NCBI GenBank assembly: GCA_964016885.1
Contig: OZ024751.1
Location: 3,720,001 to 3,784,000, forward strand
Source: Eledone cirrhosa
Lineage: Eukaryota
DNA length: 64,000 nucleotides
Reading direction: 5' to 3'
Shown here: positions 23,095 to 34,311 of the stretch, one piece after another
How the letters are laid out: every line of letters starts with the position of its first letter
How positions within the stretch are numbered: position 1 is the first letter of the stretch
Program-made: the position numbers and the translations under genes
The notes under the pieces: generated by a model
Told to the model about the DNA's origin: nothing
Database searches by the model: none
What the model saw: only the letters and a program-made list of their open reading frames with translations

Positions 23095-25420
23095 CATAGA
23101 ACTAGAAATATATTATGGTTCGCTCCCCCTTTCTCATTAAGTATTAAAATTCCAATAGCTAAACTATTTTTTAAAGCTCTAGTTAATTGTTTTCCCAAGA
23201 CACATAGGTATCACTCAATCTTTAATAGACATACAATCAAACTATAATATTCTACCACTATGAATTTAGCGCAGAATATAAATAGAATTAATAATAGAAA
23301 CTTAAAACTTAACCAGAATAGCATTAATACCTCTAGCAATATCCAATATAATGATACGGTTCTCAATAATATAAATTCCGATAAATGTAATTGTAGAAAT
23401 AAATTTAACTGTCCTTTAAATAATAACTGTTTAGTTAAAAATGTAGTATACAATTGCAATGTCAAAACCAATGATAATTCCTTTAACTATGTCGGCTCTA
23501 CTTCGACAGACTTCAAAACTCGTTTCAATAACCATAAATGTTCCTTTGCGAATATTGGTAAAGAATCTTCAACTTCTCTATCCAACTTATGGAACTTAAA
23601 ATCCAAGAATATAAACTATACTTTATCTTGGAATATTGTCTCCGAAGCACCATCCTACACAGCTCTATCCAAATTTTGCAGCTTATGCGTCGAAGAGATA
23701 TTCTTTATACTAAAATGTAAGAACTCTATTAATTTGCGTAATAATTTATTTAGTTCTTGTAAACATCGTTTAAATTCAACTTTTAGATATATAAAATGTA
23801 ATATATGGTCAATCTTCCTTACATAACGTTTTCTATATCCAAACACCTATAAACTCATCCCTCAGATTATATCTATATATGATTCAAGAATTTAATATCA
23901 TTTTTAATATAATTTAATATAACTTCCTAAATATATAAAATACACTTATTAAATTTTAGTTTACTCCTTAAAACCTTTACTTTCTAATATTTCTACTTCA
24001 TAAATATACTTTGTATTATTACATTTATCAATCCTACCTCCAAAAATATATCATAACCTTTTTTTATATGACTACTTGAAATTCTTTTAAGAAAAGGTTT
24101 TGAAAATTCTAAAAATTTCCTTTGAAAGACTTTCTGAAAATTTTTGAAAAACTTTTGGTAAAATTTTTGAAAGATCCTTTTGAAAGATACGGAAAAACCA
24201 TTATTTTCATATCTTCCAATATTTTTAACATTTTTTATATTTATGAATTTTCATATAAATCCAAATATTTATATTATTTATATATATGTGAAATAATGTA
24301 TGTGTTATGTTTTAATTATAATTTAAGATGAATTTTTATAACTTTTTATAACTTTTTATAACTTCTTATAACATTTTAAAGAGATATCCTTGGAGTCATT
24401 TGAGTTTTTTTTTAAATCCCTTTTAACTTCCTTTAATCATCCTTATTGTTTTTTATAATATCAATTTTTATAGTCTTAATTTATAGTCTGAATTTTTAAA
24501 TGGTTTTAATATATACTTCTAATTAAGTACTTATTCCTTTGTAAACTCTCATAAATTTTCGTAATTTTTGGAATTATTTGAATGTTTAAGATTTATTTGA
24601 CTTACAACTATTAATAAATTCTGGCTAAATATAATTTTGCCAAACTTACTTTAATCAAATAAACTATACTAGATTTTTTCCAATGTAAAATACTATACAT
24701 TTAAATAATGTATAATCTATAACATAACATACCCATCTAAACCCATATATTATTAATACATCTTAATATATTTTAAATACTTCTTTTTACAATATATCTT
24801 ATTTTAATTAAATTTTAATTAAAAAATTTTAATTAATTAAATTCTAACAATATTTTTTATCCTTAATTTAATTTTTTAACTTATCATTATAAATATTATA
24901 AACATAGCATAATGAACGTTATATTTACGTTCTGTGTATTCATCCATGTAAAACTTATTTCTTCGTTCGCTTCCCTTCTCTTCACTATCACTATGCATAA
25001 TCTTGTCTTTCCTTCTTCTCTCTTTCTCTTTCTCTTTTCTTCTCTCTTTCATTACTCTTTCTCCCTCCCTTTCAATATTTTTTCTCTCTCCCTCTCAATA
25101 TTTTTCCCTCTCCCTTTTACATCTCCTTTCTTCCAACAGTTTAATTTAAATAAACCGTTGTTTTTCAATTTTTCTGACACTCATTTGCATACTCACTCAT
25201 AACTTTGTATCACCCTCAATAAAATATTATCTCCACTATCCAGGGAACTTCAACCGTTAAGGTTGTCTTTTTTCCGGGTATGTCAATATTTATTTATAAA
25301 ACAAATCTGTATTTTATCTGATGAAAGCGCACCATAATTTGCCTTGGTTGCCCTTGAAATATATATAATAAAATAATTATGGTTTTATAAATATAGTTTC
25401 GATTTATTAATATATTGTAT
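23095..25420 (+). mobile_element. Penelope-like 3' part: linker + GIY-YIG endonuclease, long AT-rich 3' region ending in a ribozyme-bearing terminus
   Basis: ORF 23260-23826 CNCR..CPL..CLVKNVVYNC..YVGSTSTDFKTRFNNH..CSLCVEE..SCKH; homologous (inverted) to 19030-19390; inclusion of 23900-25420 is inferred. Confidence 0.8.
25310..25375 (+). ncRNA. Minimal hammerhead ribozyme (family A)
   Basis: TATTTTAT-CTGATGA-AAG..CTT-GAAA-TATATA-TA-ATAAAATA; nearly identical to 298-363. Confidence 0.72.
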
Positions 25421-25897
25421 GTATATATATATATTCATTAGTTAAGCAAATCAAGACCACATAATCCCCATGGAAGACGTTAGTTAAAGAGTGTCAACAT
25501 AGTTGCAGTTTAATGTAAGGAATAAAGAGTGTCAACATTTTATGCAGTTTAATGTAAGGAATAATAATGTTCGTTTACAATTGCTTCACTACTCCATATA
25601 ATGTTTCTGGATCAATCGATTATTAGATCGTTATTGATCTGGTTCAGAGAGAGATAAGTAACTTAAGTAATATTATGGAACTGTTCTTTAGAACGTCAGA
25701 TGAGATAATAAAAATATTGATATAGATAAAATGGAATAAGAAATATAAAATAAAATAAAGTAAGAGGGTTACGTGTCCGTAATATTACTTAGATTGGCAG
25801 TTCCCGAAGAGGGTTTTGGAGGGCTCAAATGTTTGCTATAAACAATCATTACGTATCTGTCGAGGCTATAGTAAACAAAATCTGCATATGCGTAACA

Positions 25898-26196
25898 AGA
25901 TGGCTACTTTTAGGAAATTTATCTTATTAAGTAGAGACGGGTTTCAAGGGAGGTAACGCCTTGAAAATTTAAAATCACAAAAATGTATAACTAAGGTAAT
26001 GCAAAGGACCTTAAATTTGAGATAATGCAGGGGAGGTAACTTATATATGTCTAACTATAGGGCTAAATACTTAACATGCTAGCTATATGTAAGGACGAGA
26101 TTGGAGGACTAGGTTGGGTCGAATATTCTGTTAGCAAAGGAATTCGCCCTACGATGGTGACAGTTAATAAGATAAATTTCCTAAAAGTAGCCATCT
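25898..26196. repeat. Perfect 33-bp inverted repeat pair (25898-25930 / 26164-26196)
   Basis: AGATGGCTACTTTTAGGAAATTTATCTTATTAA and its exact reverse complement. Confidence 0.9.
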
Positions 26197-27383
26197 GCGG
26201 TCCATCTGCTGTCAACACCCGCTACGTGGAGGGCTGGGAAAGCCGTGGCTGATGATGCGCAGACACGCGCTCAGGCTACGACATATACACCTCTTCCTCG
26301 ACGGTGATCAGGTGTGGTCGCCGTTTGCTAGACGCGTCTTTCCCCAGCTCGTCTCCTTGACGGAGCTACAGTCCTGGGTCAAGCGAAGACCGAGAGGGAG
26401 CGCTTGGAGACTGGAATGTCTTCAGGCGCCCACAGCCCTCGACCAGTCGGGCAATGTGATCGGTGGAAACTGCACCTTGGCGTTCTAAGAGGATTAGTGG
26501 ATTAGTGGATGGGAAGAACGACGACGTACTTGGGGAAAATCTAGGCGTCGACGAAAATCAACTAGCCAATCTCTTCGGAAAAATTTTCGGGCCGGGGCCT
26601 ATGGACAACTTCCAGAAATCCCTTTCCTGGCAGTGCTACCGAGGAGCTTTGCCAGTTCGGGATAAACTCTACAGGCATGGAGGTGCCATCAGCCGGGCAT
26701 GTCCGAGATGCGCGCAGGGCGACGAAACCGTCCTGCATGCACTCGTCCAGTTTCCGAGCATTGCTGACTTGTGGGTTGATGTCGAACACCTGCAGTCGCG
26801 TGTAGGACGGATCCGGCTATTAGCTGAGTCCATCGTGGGGATTTCCCCGCCCTCCTCCTTTAGCCGGGAAGGGCAGGCAGTTTTTATCTGTTTGGTGGCC
26901 ATGGTGAAAGAGATAGAATGGTGGACACGTTTGAAAGGGCTGAAGATGAGCACTTACCTCTTCGGTGATGCCCTGATTAACTTTTTCAAATTTCATTTGA
27001 AAAGGAAAATCAGGGTAGAGTGGGAAGTGCTCTCTTCCCAGCATTTTGGTCAAAGATGGGTGAGAGAGGCAAGAATGGCCCGAGTGAATGGGTCTACTCT
27101 GAGTATGTGCTTGTCAATTGAAGGTGTAAAACTGGGAGAGGGCACATGCCCTGGTGGTCAGGGTCACCATGGCTTTTTAATGGACTTTCTCCACGAATGT
27201 CCCTCGGAAGTCTCCCCCCTATTGGGGAATTTTTCATTGTTTCTTTTTTTTGTTACTTCCTCTATTTTTGTTTTTTTCTACACGCAGAAATGCCGATTTG
27301 TACCGTCCTGTATTGTCCTGTATTGTCCTTAATAATCTTACTTTGTGTAAACCCTTTTGGTTAATAAAGAAAGCATTATTATT
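26197..27383 (+). mobile_element. Tx1-clade LINE, 5'-truncated 3' fragment
   Basis: ORF2 C-terminus with zf-RVT-like CPRCAQGDETVLHAL; 3' UTR ending AATAAAGAAAGC(ATT)3. Confidence 0.9.
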
Positions 27384-27602
27384 ACTGAATGCCATGGTTG
27401 ACGGAGGCTCGGCTCTGTAAGGTATTGTAATTTTTAACCGTTATTACAATTGTAAATTGTTTAAAACTTGAACCAAATTGTAGATAAAGACACCCTCCTC
27501 CTCGTGACAGGGGTCTTTCTGCCCGTTATTTGGCCCTTCGGGGTTAAATAACCAGTTATTGGGAATTTGTGCCCAATATTCATTTTAAACCGTAAAAAAA
27601 AC

Positions 27603-27974
27603 ATGGCTACAAAAAAGAATTTTCACAAGTCACTCCCACTCCTTCCGTCTTCTTCTTCCCCAATCGTCATTACGTCAGAGAAAGGATTGTCTCTCTCCCT
27701 CCCTTCTCTAAATGTGGTGTCGCCTCTGACGCCTCTTTCGCAAGCGACGCCATTAAAGAAAAAGAAAAATGTAGTTTCTCGTAGCGTTCTTCATCAAGAG
27801 AACGCGCATGCCGTGGAACATTTCTCCACGACAACGACAACCACGAAAGATGTGTGCGGTAAATACGGAAAGCCATTTCATTCGTCTGACGTCATGAAGA
27901 ATAGCAGCAGCAGCAGCAGTAACAGTGGCGAGGAAAATACTAGTAGCAGCCGCAACAACATCAGCAGCAGCATA

Positions 27975-28032
<58 letters not shown>

Positions 28033-29740
28033 ACAATAACAACAACAGCAACAACGGCGGCGGCGGCGGTCGTATTACCAGCAGCAACAGCAAAAGTAAC
28101 AGCTGCTCTGACGACAACAACAAGAAAGAAAAACCAATCTCGTTTGCATGTATCGCAAAGAACCTGGAAACCATCCTTATAACAAATGAGGATTTACAGG
28201 AAGCAAGGAAGATGGTGACGAAAACCGGACACCGAGCAATCTGCAAGGCAGCCGAAGAATTTTTCGAAACCCAACAGCACTGTACGGTCACATACCCTAC
28301 TGTGAGCACAAAATCACGTAGGGTTGAAAGAGCCACAGAGGCTCAAATACAAAAAGCCTTAGGGTCTGTGTGGCAGCGGAAAACGCATATCACCCGAAGC
28401 AAGAAATATGCCACCGTGGACGCGCTTTTTGCCACACCCCAGGAGGCAAAGGCTCAATCCTTAGTAACCCTAAGGAGCGAGGAAATGGCGTTGGTGCCCT
28501 CCCACTGCGGGGGGAAAAATTGTGAGGGTGGTCAAACTGACCCAAGTCCCCAAACCCACCCACCCACCCACACCCACCCCCGGGATGGCCCCTTCTTGGC
28601 TGGTCGCGTCTGTCCTCGTCGGAATCGAGGACAAAACAACCGTACTGCAAGTACAGAAAAAAGTACGAGAAGATTGGGTCGGCGCCTCCATTGAGATGTT
28701 AATTCAAACCAACCAGGAGTGCATCGAAGCTATCCCGGATGTAGACTTCGATAACGGCACTCAACTTCCCATAAGTGTTGAGGGCAAACGCCCGAAATGC
28801 TTTCGCTGTGGGTCGAAGACTCACCTCAGGGCCTTCTGCAATGAGAAGACTCTGAGAAAGGAGAAAACCCCCCTCCTACCCAAACCGGCTCCACTGCTAC
28901 CAGCAACAAGACAGGCGGCAAGCAGGAAGGATAGGTCCGTGGCACCTATACCCACGCCACGGAAATAAAGAACAGCAGCAGCAGTGAAAGTATTAACAAC
29001 AACAACAGTAATACCAACTACAGCTGCAACAGAGACTCCACTGCAACCATCACCAATAAGAACAAGTGAAAGAGTGGAGCTGGTACCCCTCCCCGACCTC
29101 ACAGAATCGGACATGGAGTGTGAGGTAGGAGAGGGATGGCAAAAGGTCGCAAGAAGGCACAAACGCAGAAGCAGCGCATCGTCGCCTTCTAAAAGGGAGG
29201 GAAGAAATGAAAAAAGGGTGAAGGCTACTGCAAAGAGACTTACAGCAGCAACACCACCAACACCATCACCACCCACACTAGCACTACCATCACCACCGGC
29301 GGCAACCCCACCGCCAACAACAACAACACTTTCAACAACACCAGCACAAGCAACAACATCGCAAACACAACAACAAAACACACACACCCAGCAACAACGA
29401 CAAGAAAATAGCAGAACCACACCCCACCCCCAGAAAAAGAAATGCACAGCAATAAATTCACACAAGAAACTAATGACTTACATAATTGAACACAGACATT
29501 TTACAGCACGACTACATAATACCAGCACCAAACAAAACTCCAACGAACATAAGACTGGTAAGAATATCACAGAAACAATACACAAATTTTAAAATGAAAT
29601 TCCCCAACGCAGTTGGTGATTTCAGAGACCTAGGAGGGACACTCAACCGAAAAGTATACTCGGATATACTCACAGAAGAGCCGACGACCAGCCGAAAGGA
29701 CGATTCAACGGTTCCTTCACCAGACGATCAAGGTAAGTGA
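27603..29740 (+). pseudogene. Tx1 ORF1 (low-complexity N-terminus, RRM-like core, CCHC knuckle, Pro/Thr linker, conserved C-terminal block)
   Basis: RVERATEAQIQKALG, EGKRPKCFRCGSKTHLRAFC, KFPNAVGDFRDL; frameshift near 28520, stop near 28966. Confidence 0.85.
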
Positions 29741-29772
29741 TCCTTTCTCACTTGCCCCGTTCCTCACCCAAC

Positions 29773-32700
29773 ATGGCCGTTTTCAGGATCGGAGGTGTAA
29801 ACGTGCGTGGCTTGAGCTCAGTTTGGAAGCAGGGTCACTTTCTTAACGACCTCAGGTCACTAAAAATAGATGTGCTGGCCATCAGCGAGACGAGAATCTC
29901 CGAAACGCAAGCTTTCGCACCGACCTTAGACGGTTACGAGGTGTACCCATCTCAGAACCGTCCGGGAGCGGGGGGCGGAGTGGCTGAGTTGTTTCGGAAA
30001 AGTTTGGGTCTCGCCATACGAACCATCTTCCTGGACCCAGAAGGTAAGTCGGTGGTGCTGGACGTAAGCGGCACCGAAGGCAACGCTTTCAGGCTAGTAG
30101 CCGTCTATGCCCCAACAGGGACAGGGGCCAGATTTCTTCAGACGTCTAGAGACCTTTCTTGGAACGTCCCGCTCTTTAGTGTTAGTGGGCGACTGGACGG
30201 TATCTTGGATGCACGCTGGGAGTGTGTGGGGCTAGTGGATAGGGGAGGAGGGAACAAGAGCCTCACCAACCTGCTCAGACGTTTTGAACTGTCTGATAGG
30301 TAACGACTGGATCACCCGAATGTGCCAATGTGGACATGGACAAACCGTATCAGTTCATCCAGATCGTATCTTGATAGCGTATTCTGCAGAGAATTAGATA
30401 AGGCTAGTATAAGTTGTCCACAATTTAAAATAGCCGACTACACAGACCACAAATGTGTGATCTGTGAGATCGACATAGACAGACTTCATAGACAAGGACC
30501 CGGTTACTGGAAGCTGAACGCGTCTCTCCCGGCGCGCAAAGCCTACAGAGACCGGATTAGCGTATTAGTTAAGAGCGCGTTGACGGAAGCGGTCGTCAAC
30601 AACAGGTGGTGGTTTGGCCTGAAAAGGGCAATTAAAGTAGAGTCGATTAGGTTTAGCAAAGGACAAGTGATAGAGGAAAATAGAGAAGACGGAGAGCTTG
30701 ACAGAAAGCTAGAAGAGGCGTTTAGGACAGGCATCGCAACCGACGTGCTTGCGGCAAAACACGAAGGCTGCGTTGTCAGAGCTAGAGCGCTTGCTCTGAA
30801 ACACGAGGGGACAAAAGCCGTCCAATGGGCCCGGGTAGCAGAGGCGCGACGTGGCAACAAAGCCACAATTGCTCGCGTGTTGCTCGAACCCGCGCAGATG
30901 TGTGAAGCTTTTTAGCAGCACTTTGCTGAACTGTTCGGGAGCAGCGTCGGGCCGGATCGAGGTATGGACTTCAGTGCATACCTCGACGGACTGCCTCGGC
31001 TCTCGACAACCGCAGCCCAATGTTGCGAAAAGCTAATAACATCCGGTGAAATACGGGAAGCGATGGCTAACTGCACGAGTGGTAAATCGCCAGGCTTGGA
31101 TGGTCTGCCCTACGAGCTTTATGCATTTATGCCAGACTTGTTCGGTGATCTCTTGGCAGACGTCTACTGCAACTAGCAGCAGAACGGGAGCAGTCCCAGT
31201 TTTGTGAGCCGAGAAAAGACCCGAACAAGGGGGATGTTATCGATAACTTCAGACCCATAACCTTTATAAACGCAGAGTTCAAGATTTTGGCCAAGGTGTT
31301 AGCAACGAGGTTGGCGCTTGTCGTCAAGGGTCTGGTGGGAGAGGCGCAGATATGCGCTATTCCGGACAGATCCATACACGACAACCTCCACCTCATGCGA
31401 TGCATCATAGAGAGGGTGATTAAGGTACCTGGCACGGGTGGGGCCCTGATCAACTTGGATCAATCCAAAGCAGTCGATAGGGTCGACCATCGGTACCTGG
31501 CGGCTGTCCTCGAGGCAGCCGGTTTCGGACCCGTTTTCAGGGGTTGGATCGCTGCTATGTACAGCGACATCTACTTAGTTGTGAAGGTGAACGGTCACCT
31601 GTCGCAGCCGTTCAGCATAATGCGCTCGGTCCGCCAGGGTTGTCCCCTCTCGTCCATCTTGTACGTATTGGCTCTCGAGCCGTTACTGCACAAACTGGGG
31701 GCGATGAGAGGCGCCCCACGCGAACAAGGATGCGGGAAATCCGAGTCGGCTTACGCCGACGACCTCACCATGGTGGTGAGGAGCACCAGACACGTCCAGA
31801 TGCCAGCACCGCTCTCAAGGAATACGAAGCGGTGACAGGAGCAAAGATAAACTAGAAAAAGCTGGTGGGCTTACAGCTCGGTACCTGGAAAGGCAAGTCC
31901 ATGCCGTCCGACAGCGTCGTGAGGCGTTGGACGGCCGGACCGGTTAAATTGCTCGGGGTCTGATTCGGACCGGACCTCCAGATGGAGAAAAACTGGAGCG
32001 AGGTGACGAGCAAGTTGGCCTCCCTCACCCAGAAATGGGCCGAGAGGAAGCTGTCCCTGAAAGGCTGAGCGGAGGTGGCGAATGCGTACATCGCATCCAT
32101 CATCTGCTACCGCCTCACCATCGTCCCTTGCCCCGGCTCAACTCTCACAAAAATGGAGCGCCTCCTCTTCCGCTTTTTGTGGATGGGACCGCTCCCATGG
32201 TCAGACGATCCATATGCTGTCAACACCCGTTGCGTGGAGGATTGGGCATGCCATAGGTGATGATGTGCAAACATGCGCTGAGGCTGCGACATCTCTGGTG
32301 CTTCCTTGTGTGGTCGCTGTTTGCCAGGCACGTTTCCCCCACAGCTCGTCTCCTTGACGGAGCTGCATTCCTGTATCAGGAAAAGACCGAGGGATAGCGC
32401 TTGGAAACTGGAATGTCTCCAAGCGCTCACCGCCCTCTACTAGCTGGGCACTAGTATCGGTGGAACATCCACTTCGGCGTTCTATAGAAGACTAGTGGAG
32501 GGAAAGAGCGACGTCGTTCTCGGGGAGACCCTGGGCGTCGAAGACGACCAGCTGTTCGTTCTCTTCAACAGAAATTTCAGACCGTGGCCCATGGACAACT
32601 TCCAGAAATCCCTGGCCTGGCAATGCTACCGGGGAGCGTTGCGGGTTCGGGATAAGCTCTACAGGCATGGAGGTGCTGTCAGCCGAGCCTGTCCGAGATG

Positions 32701-33069
32701 CACGCAGGGAGACGAAACCGTCGTGCATGCACTAGTTCAGTGCCCGAGCATTGCTGACTGATCCGATTATCGACTGAGTCCATTGTGCAGATAACCTCGC
32801 CATCCTCCTTTAAAGAGGAGGAAGGGCAGGCTATTTTCATCTGCCTGGTGGCCATGGTGAAAGAGGTTGTCTGGTGGACAAGGTTGAATAGGTCGAAGGC
32901 GGACACGTTCCTCTTCAGCCAATCCCTGAGTAACTTTTTCAAGTTTCACTTGAAGAGGAAAATCAGGGTGGAGAGGCAAGTGCTGTCTTCTAGTAGGTGT
33001 GTTGCAAGGTGGGTGAATGTAGCGAGTCTGGTCCGAGTGAACGGGACCGCTCTGAGAATGCACCTGTAG
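29773..33069 (+). pseudogene. Tx1 ORF2 (AP endonuclease, reverse transcriptase, Zn finger)
   Basis: GGVNVRGL, LAISETR, AVYAP, WTW, TDH, YWKLN, KSPGLDGLPYE, LDQSKAVDRVDH, VRQGCPLS, AYADD, CPRC..ETVVHAL. Confidence 0.93.
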
Positions 33070-33352
33070 ACTGAGGAGTGGAAAAACTGAGAGAGGGCGC
33101 TTGCCCTGGTGGTCAGGCTGACCGTGGTCTTTTTTGTGTGGTTTTCGCCACGAGTGACCCTCGGAGGTTTACCCCTTTCGGGGGAATTTTTGTTGTTTGA
33201 ATTTTTTTGATTTCTAGCCCGATTTTGTTATAACCTGTTTACACGACCAAAACCCACTTTGTATCGTCCTGTACTGTTCTGTGCCGTCTCTAGTGTTTTT
33301 CTTCTTGTTAGCCCTTGTAACCAATTATTATTATGAGTGACCATTATTATTA

Positions 33353-33551
33353 AGGGCGAGGGATTGGCAGTATCGGTAGAGGGTCTGACGCCATGCTTTG
33401 CAGCAAAGAGTTACGGCCCTTTATGATCTGAGTTCAAATCCCGCCGAGGTTAACTTTGCCTTTCATCCTTACGGGGTCGATAAAATAAAGTACCAGTAAT
33501 ACACTGGGATAATTGCTGGCCTTGTGCCAAAAGTAGAAACAATTATTATTA
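33353..33551 (+). mobile_element. SINE, full length, between Tx1 copies
   Basis: A/B boxes, core, (ATT)n tail. Confidence 0.92.
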
Positions 33552-34171
33552 TGAGTCCATTGTGCAGATGGTTTCGCCGACTTCCTTCAAGGAGGAAGGG
33601 CAGGCGGTTTTCATCTGCCTGGTGGCCATGGCGAAAGAGATTGTCTGGTGGACAAGGTTGAAAGGGTTAAAGACAGACACTTTCCTCTTCGGCGAATCCC
33701 TAATTAACTTTTTCAAGTTTCACTTGAAGAGAAAAATCAGGGTGGAGAGGCAAGTGCTGCCTTCTAGCAAGTTTGTTGAAAGGTGGGTAAATGTAGCGAG
33801 AATGGTCCAAGTGAACGGGACCGCTCTGAATATACGCCTGTAGTTTGAAAAATGGGAAAATTGAGAGAGGGCGCTTGCCCTGGTGGTCAGGGTGGCCGTG
33901 GTCTTTTGTGTGGTTTTCGCCACGAGTAACCCTCGGAGCCCCCCCCCCCCCCTATTGGGGAATTTTTCATTGTTTCAATTTTCATTTTTATTGTGTATAT
34001 ATATATGTTTCTATGTCTTTTTTTTCTTTTCTTATATAAATAATAAAAATCTTTACACGCACAAAACCCACATCGTACCGTCCTGTACCGTCCTGTGCCG
34101 TCTGTAATGTTTTTCTTGATGTCAGCCCTTGTGGCCAATAAAGAAATCATTATTATTATTATTATTATTAT
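33552..34171 (+). mobile_element. Tx1 LINE short 3' fragment
   Basis: ORF2 end FKFHLKRKIRVER; tail GCCCTTGTGGCCAATAAAGAAATC(ATT)7. Confidence 0.9.
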
Positions 34172-34173
34172 TT

Positions 34174-34311
34174 TTGAGTTCAAATCCCGTCGAGGTTAAC
34201 TTTGCCTTTCATCCTTACGGGGTCGAAAAAATAAAGTATCAGTAATGTACTGGGATAATTGCTGGCCTTGTGCCAAAAGTAGAAACAATTATTATTATTA
34301 TTATTATTATT
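34174..34311 (+). mobile_element. SINE, 5'-truncated, long (ATT)n tail
   Basis: B-box, core, tail. Confidence 0.9.

Larger units (their letters stand above)
27385..33333 (+). mobile_element. Tx1-clade LINE, near full length (copy A), degenerate
   Basis: ORF1 with CCHC knuckle, ORF2 with APE + RT + C-terminal Zn finger; (ATT)n at both ends. Confidence 0.92.

Noticed and set aside
33353-33450. A/B boxes as a tRNA gene
   Set aside because: Spacing and downstream core show a SINE head; no cloverleaf
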